DNA from: an uncultured Candidatus Saccharibacteria bacterium | GTDB taxonomy: Bacteria; Patescibacteriota; Minisyncoccia; Phycocordibacterales; PALSA-1337 | Direction of reading: 5' to 3' | NCBI GenBank assembly: GCA_964389975.1 | Contig: CAYMGJ010000002.1 | Span: forward strand, 3,109 to 67,108 | Length of the DNA: 64,000 bases | Shown: piece by piece, positions 37,281 to 47,468 of the stretch | How positions within the stretch are numbered: the first letter of the stretch is position 1 | How the letters are laid out: every line of letters starts with the position of its first letter | Made by a program: the position numbers and the translations under genes | Notes under the pieces: model-generated | The model's database searches: none | The model's input: the letters and a program-made list of their open reading frames with translations, nothing else | What the model was told of the DNA's origin: nothing

Positions 37281-37310
37281 AACAACCGCTGATAGTATCA
37301 GCGGTTGTTG
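37281..37310. terminator. Perfect 13-bp palindromic hairpin between convergent genes (probable bidirectional terminator)
   Basis: AACAACCGCTGATA-GT-ATCAGCGGTTGTT. Confidence 0.5.
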
Positions 37311-37313
37311 AGT

Positions 37314-37931
37314 TTAGGAACGTGGCTGGACATCCGGAACAGATGGGCCGCGTGCCTGTGCAAATATTATTTTTGAACGTAGTAGAAGTGTTCCCAGAAG
37401 CATGTCTGCTAGTGGTAATACTACATTAAAATTTTTGTGCATATAACGATGATGAAGAAGATGGTGCCCATTTAGTTTCTGGAACCACCAACCTTTTTCA
37501 AGTCTTCTTTGCTTCGGAAGATGCATACACCAGTGTAGGTACTCATACGTTGCAAAATACAAGGAACATGCAATAGCTGAACCACATATGAGCGCCCATT
37601 TCTCGAGGATGATCGCTGTTATGAGAAAAGGAATCTGACAAGTAATTACAATGACAGGGCCGTTCCACCATGCCATAGGAATTGTTTTCTTGTCGTTTTC
37701 ATTAATGAGGTGGTATGTGTGATCAGCACGGAAAATTCCATGATGAACCACAGCGTGTGCTTGAAAGGGGTATCTCCACTTAAGGGTGATTCGATGCATA
37801 AAGAAGCGGTGGAGTGTCCATTCGAAGAAAGAAGAAAAAACAATACCGCTTAAAAAACCAACAATGAGAAGGATATAGAAGGAGTTCATAAGTAAGGTGC
37901 TGATTTCGTTGTTTAGGAGCTTTCCATTCAT
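37314..37931 (-). CDS. Fatty acid hydroxylase / sterol desaturase superfamily membrane protein
   Basis: 205 aa; histidine boxes HRFFMH, HAVVHH, HHLLHH; 4 TM helices. Confidence 0.7.
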   Translation of the reverse strand: MNGKLLNNEISTLLMNSFYILLIVGFLSGIVFSSFFEWTLHRFFMHRITLKWRYPFQAHAVVHHGIFRADHTYHLINENDKKTIPMAWWNGPVIVITCQIPFLITAIILEKWALICGSAIACSLYFATYEYLHWCMHLPKQRRLEKGWWFQKLNGHHLLHHRYMHKNFNVVLPLADMLLGTLLLRSKIIFAQARGPSVPDVQPRS

Positions 37932-38011
37932 AAGTATATCTTTAAAAGTTAGAATCTGCCATTGAAATTATGCATAACCTTGACATATATTACAACATAA
38001 TATATATTTAT

Positions 38012-39247
38012 ATGACATTTATGCACAAGAAAACATCATACTCAGGGCCACAGAAACGATTTGGCGGACGACCTCACTTTAGTAAAGGACCTCGAAACTT
38101 TAGCAAACCACAACAGAGAACTCGTAATCGTGCCCCTCAGGGACAATATATTGAACACGCTCGCTTCATTAACAAAGCAGTTATCACTGAAGAGGTTGAG
38201 CACTTTACCCCAGAACACACCTTCGCTGATTTTCATATCGATGAAGTATTGAAAGCGGGTATTATCGCTAAGGGATACAAACTCCCAACTCCCATTCAAG
38301 ATCGATCAATTCCTCATGTTTTAAAAGGTGAGGATATTGTCGGTATTGCAAATACAGGGACAGGTAAAACTGCTGCATTTCTCATACCTTTAATCGACAA
38401 GGTGTTAAAAGATCGAAAGCAAAGAATACTCATCGTTGTTCCAACTCGTGAACTTGCCATCCAGATTCAAGAAGAACTCAAAGGCTTTACTCGAGGTATG
38501 AAAATATTCTCAGTATGTTGTGTGGGTGGTGCCTATATTGGTAAACAACTTTCAGAACTTCGTTATGTTAATGAATTTATCATTGGTACTCCTGGACGAT
38601 TGAAGGATCTCATAGAGCGTAAAGCTATCTCTCTCAATCAATTTCAAACTATTGTACTTGACGAAGCTGATCGAATGCTTGATATGGGATTTGTGAATGA
38701 CATGCGTTTCCTTATGGCTGGTATGCCTAAACCACGTCATACTCTCTTTTTCTCAGCAACTCTTTCTCCTGAAATTGAGCGATTGATCGGTGAATTTTTA
38801 CATGAGCCAGTTCGTATTTCAGTAAAGACTCGAGATACCTCAAAGAATATTGAACAAGATATTGTTCGTGTTGCTCGGGGAATGAACAAGATTGATGTAC
38901 TTCGAGAACTTCTTTCTAAGGAAGATTTTCAGAAAGTAATTATCTTCGGTAGGACAAAGCACGGAGTTGAAAAACTTTCACGAGCATTGATTGAAAAAGG
39001 ATTTAAGGCAGAGTCAATCCATGGGGACAAAAATCATGGTCAACGTCAGCGTGCTCTCAAGGGCTTTAAGGAAAATCAAGTTCAGATTCTTGTTGCAACT
39101 GATGTTGCGGCTCGAGGTCTTGATATTCCTGATGTAAGTCATGTGATTAACTTTGATATTCCTGCTACATATGATGACTATGTGCATCGCATTGGTCGAA
39201 CTGGCCGTGCAAACAAGAAAGGTAAGGCGCTTACATTTGTTGAATAG
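38012..39247 (+). CDS. DEAD-box ATP-dependent RNA helicase
   Basis: Q-motif (FADF...PTPIQ), motif I GTGKTAAF, motif II DEAD (VLDEADRM), SAT, HRIGRTGRA; basic N-terminal extension; the track ORF starts at 37970, true start uncertain. Confidence 0.9.
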   Translation: MTFMHKKTSYSGPQKRFGGRPHFSKGPRNFSKPQQRTRNRAPQGQYIEHARFINKAVITEEVEHFTPEHTFADFHIDEVLKAGIIAKGYKLPTPIQDRSIPHVLKGEDIVGIANTGTGKTAAFLIPLIDKVLKDRKQRILIVVPTRELAIQIQEELKGFTRGMKIFSVCCVGGAYIGKQLSELRYVNEFIIGTPGRLKDLIERKAISLNQFQTIVLDEADRMLDMGFVNDMRFLMAGMPKPRHTLFFSATLSPEIERLIGEFLHEPVRISVKTRDTSKNIEQDIVRVARGMNKIDVLRELLSKEDFQKVIIFGRTKHGVEKLSRALIEKGFKAESIHGDKNHGQRQRALKGFKENQVQILVATDVAARGLDIPDVSHVINFDIPATYDDYVHRIGRTGRANKKGKALTFVE

Positions 39248-39299
39248 GTTAAGATTGAAATATATCCTCAGGTACAGTACTATGAGGATATATTTTTTT

Positions 39300-40442
39300 A
39301 TGTATAAATATATAATATTATTTCTCATTCTCTGTTCTCCTGTTTATGCTCAAGAACCAATTCTTCTTCAGGATACGATTACAACTGTAAAAGCTCGTGT
39401 CATCGAGGTTTTGCACGAAGAACAAAAGCAAGTTCCAGGGACTGATGTTACAAGTACTTTCCAATCCTTGAAGGTTAAGATCTTAGAGGGTGATCAAGAG
39501 GGTGATACGATTGATGTGAGTGATGATTATCTTAGGCTTGAGGTAGGAGACACATTTCTCCTTAATCGTGTTGTAAGTGGACATGATGGGAAAGAAAGTT
39601 ATACAGTATCAGACTCATATCGTATCCCATCTCTCATATTCTTTTCGGTTATTTTTGTGATAGTTGTCCTCGCTATCGGAGGTGTTCAAGGTATTAGGGG
39701 ACTTCTAAGTCTCCTTGGAAGTTTTTTTCTCATTCTCTATGTTCTCATTCCAAGTATTCTTCATGGATATTCTCCTATTCTTGTAAGTATTGGTGTATCT
39801 GCGCTTATTATCGTTGTTGGTTCATATATTACTCACGGTTTTAACAAGACAACAACTTCTGCTGTTCTCGGTATGATTGTAACTGTTGTCTTTACAGGAC
39901 TTATGGCCTACTGGGCTGTCCACTCTTCTCATCTTACGGGCTTTGAGTCTGATGAGGCGGTGTATCTTAATCTAAATACGCGTGGGACTCTTGATATAGC
40001 GGGGATATTATTAAGTGGAATTATGATCGGGTTACTTGGGGTATTGTATGATGTTGCTATTGGTCAATCAATCTCTGTTGAGGAATTACATCGAATCGCA
40101 CCTCATGTATCACGTAGAAAGATATATACACGAGCATTACGTATGGGGCGTGAACATATTGGGGCATTAGTAAATACTCTTGCTATTGCATATGTTGGGG
40201 CATCACTTCCCCTACTTCTCCTCTTTTCTCTCTCTGAGAGTTCTCTTTCTGTGGTTATAAACAGGGAGATCTTTGCAGCAGAAATTATACGAACCCTCAT
40301 TGGAAGCATTGGTCTTGTTCTTGCCGTTCCAATCACTACTCTTCTTGCGGTATTGATGGTGGTCCGCATCAAGGGTTCTGGGTCAGAGGATGATATTAGA
40401 AATGAGCAAAACGCACTCGAGCATCTATCTCATAAACATTAG
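39300..40442 (+). CDS. Multi-pass membrane protein with N-terminal extracytoplasmic domain (YibE/F-like)
   Basis: Signal peptide MYKYIILFLILCSPVYAQEP, about 120-aa soluble domain then 7-8 TM helices; YibE/F assignment is by topology only; the track ORF starts upstream overlapping the helicase. Confidence 0.4.
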   Translation: MYKYIILFLILCSPVYAQEPILLQDTITTVKARVIEVLHEEQKQVPGTDVTSTFQSLKVKILEGDQEGDTIDVSDDYLRLEVGDTFLLNRVVSGHDGKESYTVSDSYRIPSLIFFSVIFVIVVLAIGGVQGIRGLLSLLGSFFLILYVLIPSILHGYSPILVSIGVSALIIVVGSYITHGFNKTTTSAVLGMIVTVVFTGLMAYWAVHSSHLTGFESDEAVYLNLNTRGTLDIAGILLSGIMIGLLGVLYDVAIGQSISVEELHRIAPHVSRRKIYTRALRMGREHIGALVNTLAIAYVGASLPLLLLFSLSESSLSVVINREIFAAEIIRTLIGSIGLVLAVPITTLLAVLMVVRIKGSGSEDDIRNEQNALEHLSHKH

Positions 40443-40456
40443 GGTATACTATATCC

Positions 40457-41005
40457 ATGTCTCATATACAAAAAGCTATATTTGGTGGAGGTTGTTTCTG
40501 GTGTACTGAAGCTGTGTTCAAGATGCTCTCTGGTGTTTCTGTGGTACTTCCTGGCTATGCTGGGGGTACAGTAGCGAATCCAACATATGAACAGATCTGT
40601 ACCGGAACTACTGGTCATGCAGAAGTTGTCTATATTGAATATGATGAGGATATTGTTTCGTACAAAACTCTCCTCACTATTTTCTTTGCATCCCATGATC
40701 CAACCACTCTCAATCGACAGGGAAATGATGTAGGGACTCAATATCGATCATCGATATTTTTCACCACACCCACTCAAGAGAAAGAGGCTCATGAATTTAT
40801 TCAAGATCTTGAAAATTCATCTCACGATGGAGATCATATTGTAACTGAGGTTACTCCTCTCACCACATTATATATGGCTGAAAACTATCATGAAGATTAT
40901 TACGCGCGAAACAAAACTGCTCCATATTGTCAGCTCGTGATACAACCTAAGCTTGAAAAAGTACAGAGACACTATGCCCAGTTACTCAAGGAAGAATATC
41001 GATGA
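40457..41005 (+). CDS. msrA: Peptide methionine (S)-sulfoxide reductase
   Basis: 182 aa; active-site GGGCFWCTEAVF. Confidence 0.95.
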   Translation: MSHIQKAIFGGGCFWCTEAVFKMLSGVSVVLPGYAGGTVANPTYEQICTGTTGHAEVVYIEYDEDIVSYKTLLTIFFASHDPTTLNRQGNDVGTQYRSSIFFTTPTQEKEAHEFIQDLENSSHDGDHIVTEVTPLTTLYMAENYHEDYYARNKTAPYCQLVIQPKLEKVQRHYAQLLKEEYR

Positions 41006-41017
41006 TATACTTATCTC

Positions 41018-41398
41018 ATGAATGAAGATGAATTAAAGAAGAAATTAACCCCAGAACAGTACAAGGTGCTTCGAGAGAAAGGTACTGAAGCACCTTTCTC
41101 TGGTAAATATATTCATGAAAACAAAGATGGTATATATACCTGTGTTGTCTGTGGCAACAAACTCTTCTCTTCTCAAGCTAAATTTGATTCAGGTACAGGT
41201 TGGCCAAGTTTCGATCAAGCTTTACCGGGCGCTGTCAAAATGAACGAGGACATTAGTCATGGAATGCATAGGGTTGAAATTATATGTGCCCAGTGTAACT
41301 CTCATCTCGGACATGTTTTTGATGATGGACCTACAAAAACAGGTAAACGATATTGTCTTAATTCCGTGTGTCTTGATTTGAAAACCGATGAACACTAA
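41018..41398 (+). CDS. msrB: Peptide methionine (R)-sulfoxide reductase
   Basis: 126 aa; two CxxC zinc motifs (CVVCGNKLF...CAQCNSHLGHVFDDGP) and the catalytic RYCLNS region. Confidence 0.95.
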   Translation: MNEDELKKKLTPEQYKVLREKGTEAPFSGKYIHENKDGIYTCVVCGNKLFSSQAKFDSGTGWPSFDQALPGAVKMNEDISHGMHRVEIICAQCNSHLGHVFDDGPTKTGKRYCLNSVCLDLKTDEH

Positions 41399-42188
41399 TT
41401 TTTCTAAAGATATTCATAAGGCATTAGCTTTCGATCTTGATGGGACTCTTGCAGAGAGCAAGAATGATATGACGGAAGAAATGGGAAGTGTACTTGCTTC
41501 ACTTCTTACGTATATGCCTTTGGCGATAGTATCGGGGGCATCAAAGAATCAGTTTATGTCCCAGTGCATTCAACATATTCCTGCTTCTGAAGATCAATTT
41601 AAAAATCTATACCTCTTTCCTGAAAATGGAGCATCTCTCTATGTATTCAGACATGGTGGATGGGTTGCTCATTATGAAGAGAATCTTTCTGATATTCAAA
41701 AGACAAAAATCATGTCGGTTTTAGGAGAAGTTATCCATATCTTCGGACTTCATGAAATTGATGGTTTTGGTCCTCTCATAGAAGATCGGGGAGCTCAGAT
41801 TACTCTCTCATGTCTTGGACAGCATGCATCACTTGAGGCAAAAACCGCATGGGATCCTGATCAGAACAAGAGAAGAGATATGCTTTCATATATGCAACCT
41901 CTCTTACCTGATTTCGATATTAAAATGGGTGGAGCAACTTCAGTTGATATCACGAAGAAGGGAACTAACAAACATTATGCACTTACTATGTATTTGAAAT
42001 TACTCTCCCTCAATCAATCAAATGTACTGTACTATGGAGATGCCATCTTCCCTGGAGGAAATGACTATATTGTAGAAGAGTTCGGGTATCCGTATGTTCA
42101 TGTGCATAATCCACAGGAAACCCTTGAATCTCTCCGTGGTATACTACAAGAGTATGAAAAAACTACTCGAAGAGAGACCCTGGGGTAA
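41388..42188 (+). CDS. HAD-superfamily hydrolase, subfamily IIB (sugar-phosphate phosphatase-like)
   Basis: 266 aa; motif I AFDLDGTLAE, cap domain, motif IV GDAIFPGGND. Confidence 0.75.
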   Translation: MNTNFSKDIHKALAFDLDGTLAESKNDMTEEMGSVLASLLTYMPLAIVSGASKNQFMSQCIQHIPASEDQFKNLYLFPENGASLYVFRHGGWVAHYEENLSDIQKTKIMSVLGEVIHIFGLHEIDGFGPLIEDRGAQITLSCLGQHASLEAKTAWDPDQNKRRDMLSYMQPLLPDFDIKMGGATSVDITKKGTNKHYALTMYLKLLSLNQSNVLYYGDAIFPGGNDYIVEEFGYPYVHVHNPQETLESLRGILQEYEKTTRRETLG

Positions 42189-42495
42189 TTTTGTTCGCTA
42201 TACACATAATGAACAAACAACGGTAAAGATAATTACAATTAAGCCTGGAGAGGGTCTGTCTTTACAGTCTCATGAAAAGCGTCGAGAGTTCTGGAGAATA
42301 TTAAAAGGTCGACCACATATAGTACTTGGTGATACAGAGATAGATGCTGTGTCTGGAGATGAGTTTGAAATTCCTGAAAGAACTCTCCATCAAATTTCAA
42401 GTATTAATGATGAGGTTCAATTTCTCGAAATTGCATTTGGAGAATTTGATGAGAATGATATTATGCGAATTAGTGATCGATATGGCAGAGCTTAA
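42154..42495 (+). CDS. Cupin-domain protein resembling the type II mannose-6-phosphate isomerase C-terminal domain
   Basis: About 113 aa from MKKLLEERPWGNF; cupin motifs IKPGEGLSLQSHEKRREFWRIL and EIPERTLHQISSIND; the track ORF starts earlier, overlapping the HAD gene. Confidence 0.6.
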   Translation: MKKLLEERPWGNFVRYTHNEQTTVKIITIKPGEGLSLQSHEKRREFWRILKGRPHIVLGDTEIDAVSGDEFEIPERTLHQISSINDEVQFLEIAFGEFDENDIMRISDRYGRA

Positions 42496-44320
42496 AGATC
42501 ATCTTGTACCTGTTGGTGTACTTTCACGAAATGAATCAATTGGACTTTTGGGCTACTATTCCAAGGACTCAAAAGGTTATTTCTATTTCTCATGGAGTGA
42601 TGATGGAGTCTCATTCGAAACTGATACCAAGAGAGTCCGTTTTATGAAGGGGAGAGTATCTCACGGAGCTCATGAATGTTCACATTTTCGTTTTTCATAT
42701 GCAAAGCTCTATATAGCTACCTATATACGCACCTTTGAATCTCAATCATATCTCTGTGTTGCTCAATCAAAAGACTTATATACATGGGAGGTTGTATCAG
42801 AAATGGAAGCTATGAAGGCTCCTGCTGTTCTTGTTTCTGATATGACAATTAAGAAAGAGAGAGTTATCTACCACGGTGGGGCATTCATACGATGTCTAAC
42901 ATCAAGAGATATGAAGCTGTGGAGCGATGACGATCATCTTCTTGCAACTTCACGATATGGTTTTTTTGATGAAGGATCTCTCAATCTCATTCAAACTATG
43001 CCTCATAAAGAGGGAACTCTCCTTCTCTATGAGACAAAGGAATACAAAGATGATGTATATAGTTTGTGTATTGGAAGTATCCTTTTTGATTATGAAAATC
43101 CACGTCGTATCCGTAGTCGTTCTCGTGAGCCTATGTGGAAAAGTGAAATGCTATTCCCCCGTGATGTGTCATGTACTCTCATAGGTTCTGTATCTATCGG
43201 AACCATTCTCTACGTCTTCTGGTCAACCCCCTATGATCTCATCATTGCAAAGATTGATAATCTAAGCTCTATTGTAGAAATATATCGTGGTGTAGGTACC
43301 ATCATGACAAAACATGAGGACAATCCAATCAAGGAACCACACCCACATCATTCATGGGAGAATGAATCTGTATGCAATCCTGCCGCTCTCTATGATGGTA
43401 AGACTATCCATCTTCTCTATCGAGCTATGGGTTCTGATGGTATATCGAGAATTGGATATGATAGCAGTGTTGATGGATTTAATTTCAAAGGATCACTCCC
43501 ATACCCTATCTATGCAATGAAAAATCCACGTATGGCTGTACAAGTTCCAACGCGTTCTCAACATATGAATACAAGTATATCGGGTGGTAGTTGGGGAGGT
43601 GCAGAAGACCCACGCGCAGTATCTATTGATGGAAAAATTTATGTAACATTCAATGCTTTTGATGGTTGGGATTTCATACGTATCTGTGCCATCTCAATTG
43701 ATGAAAAAGATTTTAAGAAGAAGAAATGGAATTGGTCGAGTCCAGTATTCATATCTCCTCCTCATGAGATTCATAAGAACTGGGTTTTGTTTCCTGAGAA
43801 GATCAATGGAAAATTTGCGGTGATTCATAGTATTAACCCACGTGTTCAAATTGATTACTTTGATTCTTTTGGTGATTTTGAAAAAGGAAAAAAGAAGATA
43901 CGAAGTGCATTTGGAACAAAGGTACCACGAGATTCATGGGATACATGGGTGCGGGGAGCTGGTCCTCCTCCCCTTAAGACCGACAAGGGATGGCTTGTTT
44001 TCTATCATGCCATGGACAAAGAAGAACCTCATATTGGATACAAATTAGGTGCTCTGCTACTTGATCTTGATAATCCGGAGAAGATAATTGCACGTGCGAA
44101 GGCTCCAGTGCTCTGTCCTGATCAGTGGTATGAAAATGAATACAAGTTTGGTGTCGTCTATGCATGCGGTGCTGTAGTTAAAGACAATACACTTTTCATA
44201 TATTATGGAGGTGGTGATCGTCATGTTTGTGTAGCTTCTGCGCCCTTTGACGTCTTTATGGAGAAACTTATAAAAGATACTCCGGTGTCGCTTAATCAGT
44301 CAATTATTAATCGAATATAG
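42482..44320 (+). CDS. Tandem double GH130-like (glycoside phosphorylase/hydrolase, DUF377) beta-propeller protein
   Basis: About 613 aa from MAELKDH; two modules each with the ...DPR... and C-terminal YYGGGD / hydrophobic pattern (GAEDPRAVSIDGKIYVTFNA; LFIYYGGGDRHVCVASAP); the track ORF start at 42344 runs through the cupin stop region and is unsupported. Confidence 0.7.
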   Translation: MAELKDHLVPVGVLSRNESIGLLGYYSKDSKGYFYFSWSDDGVSFETDTKRVRFMKGRVSHGAHECSHFRFSYAKLYIATYIRTFESQSYLCVAQSKDLYTWEVVSEMEAMKAPAVLVSDMTIKKERVIYHGGAFIRCLTSRDMKLWSDDDHLLATSRYGFFDEGSLNLIQTMPHKEGTLLLYETKEYKDDVYSLCIGSILFDYENPRRIRSRSREPMWKSEMLFPRDVSCTLIGSVSIGTILYVFWSTPYDLIIAKIDNLSSIVEIYRGVGTIMTKHEDNPIKEPHPHHSWENESVCNPAALYDGKTIHLLYRAMGSDGISRIGYDSSVDGFNFKGSLPYPIYAMKNPRMAVQVPTRSQHMNTSISGGSWGGAEDPRAVSIDGKIYVTFNAFDGWDFIRICAISIDEKDFKKKKWNWSSPVFISPPHEIHKNWVLFPEKINGKFAVIHSINPRVQIDYFDSFGDFEKGKKKIRSAFGTKVPRDSWDTWVRGAGPPPLKTDKGWLVFYHAMDKEEPHIGYKLGALLLDLDNPEKIIARAKAPVLCPDQWYENEYKFGVVYACGAVVKDNTLFIYYGGGDRHVCVASAPFDVFMEKLIKDTPVSLNQSIINRI

Positions 44321-44323
44321 TAT

Positions 44324-46255
44324 ATGTTCTCACTTTCACGCTCAAACAAAAATCCGATTATAGTTCCTGATACAGGAATTGAATGGAAGGCATATGGTAC
44401 TTTCAATTGTTCTCCTGCTCGACAGGGAACTAAAAAGTTCCTTTTCTATCGAGCAATGTCTCGTCCAAAACGTTTTGAATCTTCTCACTTCAGTATGTCT
44501 ATCATTGCGCGTGCAGAAGAGACAGAACGTGGTATACGTGGTCATCGTCCTTTCATTGTTCCAGAAGAAGAGTGGGAAAGATTTGGATGTGAAGATCCCC
44601 GTGTGTCGCGTATAGAGGGTATGAACTATATTTTCTACACAGCTCTCGGATCATACCCATTTCGAGGTGATCATATTCGAGTTGCAGTTGCCCTTACAAA
44701 AGATCTTAATCATATACAAGAACGTCATCTTGTTACACCTTTCAATGCAAAGGCCATGTCATTGTTCCCTGAAAAAATTCAAGGTCGCTATGTTGCATTG
44801 TTTGCTCCATATACTGATGATGGAAAAATTTCTAAAATATCAATTGCAAAATTTGATGCATTGGAGGATATGTGGAATGAGGGATATTGGAAGAAATGGA
44901 ATGATACTATCGAAAACAACAGAATACAAATTCCTTGTAATTCAGGAGAACAGGTTGAGGTAGGGGCACCTCCATTGAAAACAGAGTATGGATGGCTACT
45001 CATATATTCTCATATTCAAAACTATTTCTCTGATTCAAAAATTTTCGGTATTCAAGCAGTTCTTCTTGATCTCAAAAATCCTCAGAAGATTATTGCACAA
45101 ACACGAGGTCACTTCCTTGTCCCTGAAGAAAAATATGAAAAAGAGGGGAATGTTCATGATATAACATTTCCGTCGGGAGCAGAGTTAAAGGGTGACAAGT
45201 TGACGGTATATTATGGAGGTGCTGATACAGTGGTTGCTCAAGCTCATATATCTCTTAAGGGTCTTCTTTCTTCAATGAAATTCTTTGGATCAATGCCGGG
45301 GGAACTTGAGGCTCTCTATGAGCGAAGAACATTTTCAAGAGATTTTAAACAACCCCTTCTTCTTCCACGACCAGATCATGAGTGGGAATCATATGCAGTA
45401 TTTAATCCAGCTGCAATTGCATTTGGTGCTACAACACATATCCTCTATCGAGCAATGTCTCGGGACAATACGTCTGTCGTAGGGTATGCACAGTCATATG
45501 ACATGAAGCGTGTTCGAGTCCGTGATATTACCCCTGCATATGTTCCACGTCTACCTTTCGAAGCAAAGAATGTTCCTGGAGGAAATTCTGGTTGTGAAGA
45601 TCCTCGTATTACCTTGATCGGAGATACTATTTTCATGACATATACCGCATACAACGGAACTGATCTTCCATGTATTGCCCTCACATCGATTTCGAAGAAA
45701 GATTTCATCTCAGGACTATGGACATGGAGTTTGCCAACAAAAATTAGTGCTGATGGAGTTGATGACAAGGATGGAATGCTGTTCCCAGAAAAAATTAAAG
45801 GTAACTATGTATTGATCCACCGGGTTAATCATTGTGTGTGTTTTGATTACTCACCGACACTTGAGTTCAAGAACAGGAATGCATTTAAGAATATCAATAT
45901 ACTATCTCCTCGACGAGGAATGTGGGATAGCAAGAAGGTGGGGGGTGCCATGCCACCATTTAAGTTAAAACAAGGATGGCTTATGCTCTATCACGGTATC
46001 GGTGAAGATGGTCACTATCGTGTTGGTGCTGCTCTTCTTGATTTGAAAAATATTGAGAAAGTAATTGCTCGTAGTACATATCCACTCTTTGAACCTGAAA
46101 TGCCGTATGAACGTGAGGGAATTATCCCAAATGTTGTATTTCCATGTGGGGCAGTGATACGTAAGGGTAGATTACATATATATTACGGAGGTGCTGATAC
46201 GGTGGTGAATGTTGCGTCAATGGATATACGAGATATTCTCGATAGTTTACGTTAG
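44324..46255 (+). CDS. Tandem double GH130-like beta-propeller protein (paralog of the previous gene)
   Basis: 643 aa; CEDPRVSRIEGMNYIFYTA, LTVYYGGADTVVAQA, GCEDPRITLIGDTIFMTYTA, LHIYYGGADTVVNVASMD. Confidence 0.7.
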   Translation: MFSLSRSNKNPIIVPDTGIEWKAYGTFNCSPARQGTKKFLFYRAMSRPKRFESSHFSMSIIARAEETERGIRGHRPFIVPEEEWERFGCEDPRVSRIEGMNYIFYTALGSYPFRGDHIRVAVALTKDLNHIQERHLVTPFNAKAMSLFPEKIQGRYVALFAPYTDDGKISKISIAKFDALEDMWNEGYWKKWNDTIENNRIQIPCNSGEQVEVGAPPLKTEYGWLLIYSHIQNYFSDSKIFGIQAVLLDLKNPQKIIAQTRGHFLVPEEKYEKEGNVHDITFPSGAELKGDKLTVYYGGADTVVAQAHISLKGLLSSMKFFGSMPGELEALYERRTFSRDFKQPLLLPRPDHEWESYAVFNPAAIAFGATTHILYRAMSRDNTSVVGYAQSYDMKRVRVRDITPAYVPRLPFEAKNVPGGNSGCEDPRITLIGDTIFMTYTAYNGTDLPCIALTSISKKDFISGLWTWSLPTKISADGVDDKDGMLFPEKIKGNYVLIHRVNHCVCFDYSPTLEFKNRNAFKNINILSPRRGMWDSKKVGGAMPPFKLKQGWLMLYHGIGEDGHYRVGAALLDLKNIEKVIARSTYPLFEPEMPYEREGIIPNVVFPCGAVIRKGRLHIYYGGADTVVNVASMDIRDILDSLR

Positions 46256-46272
46256 TGTGATATACTGAAAAT

Positions 46273-46698
46273 ATGAAGAAAATGCTTCTCTGGTTACTGA
46301 TTATCTGTGGTTCTGGTGCATTTCTTGCACTCGGGACTTTTCTTGTTGTAAAAAGTATTCAATCATCAAATGATACCGCTGATGTTGTGGTGATATCTCC
46401 GATAAAAAATTCGGTAATATCATCTCCAGTTGCTATCGCTGGACGTGCTCGTGGATCATGGTTTTTTGAAGGGAGTTTCCCTGTCGTTTTGAAAGATGCT
46501 TATGGAACTGTTTTGGCTGAGAGTCATGTTACAGCCCAGGGTGAATGGATGACACAGGATTATGTTTCTTTTGTTGGTACATTACAATATCAAAAGCAAA
46601 TTCCTGATGCTAAGGGTGTGTTGATATTTATAAAAGACAATCCTTCTGGTTTACCTGAGAATGATGAGTCGGTGGAGGTTCCTATTATTTTTAAATAA
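46273..46698 (+). CDS. Secreted Ig-like domain protein (Gmad2/GerM-like fold, tentative)
   Basis: 141 aa; signal/anchor then beta-rich domain (VVISPIKNSVISSPVAIAGRARGSWFFEGSFPVVL...). Confidence 0.4.
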   Translation: MKKMLLWLLIICGSGAFLALGTFLVVKSIQSSNDTADVVVISPIKNSVISSPVAIAGRARGSWFFEGSFPVVLKDAYGTVLAESHVTAQGEWMTQDYVSFVGTLQYQKQIPDAKGVLIFIKDNPSGLPENDESVEVPIIFK

Positions 46699-46703
46699 TA
46701 TTC

Positions 46704-47453
46704 ATGGACATACTTTCACATGGGTTATGGGGTGCTGCTACTTTCGGGAGAAAGAATAGGGCAAGTTTCTGGATGTCTTTTCTTTTCGGTATTATGCCTG
46801 ATTTTCTTGCTTTCGTTCCATTTCTTGCTGGTTCATGGATTGGTGTCTTTACCTATCCTCACTGGGCAACAGGAAGTACACCGAGCCCTGATGCATTTCC
46901 TTCTTTTGTATATCTAGCATATTCATATACCCATAGTCTCATTATTTTTGCACTTGTTTTTCTTCTTGTATGGATACTCCGCAAGAAGCCTCTCTATGAG
47001 ATGTTTGCATGGCCTCTTCATATCATATTTGATATCCCTCTCCACTCAACAGATTTCTTCCCGACACCATTTCTCTGGCCTCTCTCAGATTTCCATATTG
47101 ATGGCATACCATGGTCAGAACCATATATATTCTTACCCAATGTTGTATTTCTTATTGTTATCTATCTATATTTCCTCGTGTACAAGAAGGGGTGGAAACG
47201 TCTTTCAAGAAAAGGGGAACATGAATCATCCCTATGGTTTCGTAGTGAGAAATTGAGTTTGGTGTGGAAGCCTATATCATGGCAGGGATGGCTTGTCTCA
47301 TGTGTATATATTGGTATTATTATCCCTACAGCTTACAATCTCAGTTCTCAATCTCATTCTCTCTCTGATTTCCTCATATCATTTTCTGTCCCTTTCATTA
47401 TCTCAACTTCGATATTTCTTGGTATTTGTTATGTGAAAGGTAAGCGAGCCTAG
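46704..47453 (+). CDS. Polytopic membrane protein (YdjM/DUF457-like membrane-bound hydrolase, tentative)
   Basis: 249 aa; MDILSHGLWGAA start with conserved His, 6-7 TM helices. Confidence 0.35.
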   Translation: MDILSHGLWGAATFGRKNRASFWMSFLFGIMPDFLAFVPFLAGSWIGVFTYPHWATGSTPSPDAFPSFVYLAYSYTHSLIIFALVFLLVWILRKKPLYEMFAWPLHIIFDIPLHSTDFFPTPFLWPLSDFHIDGIPWSEPYIFLPNVVFLIVIYLYFLVYKKGWKRLSRKGEHESSLWFRSEKLSLVWKPISWQGWLVSCVYIGIIIPTAYNLSSQSHSLSDFLISFSVPFIISTSIFLGICYVKGKRA

Positions 47454-47468
47454 TGTATACTAGGTAGT

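Noticed and set aside
42344-42481. Upstream part of the track ORF 42344-44320
   Set aside because: It overlaps the cupin gene in another frame. The GH130 homology starts only after MAELKDH at 42482, which sits 11 nt before the cupin stop.
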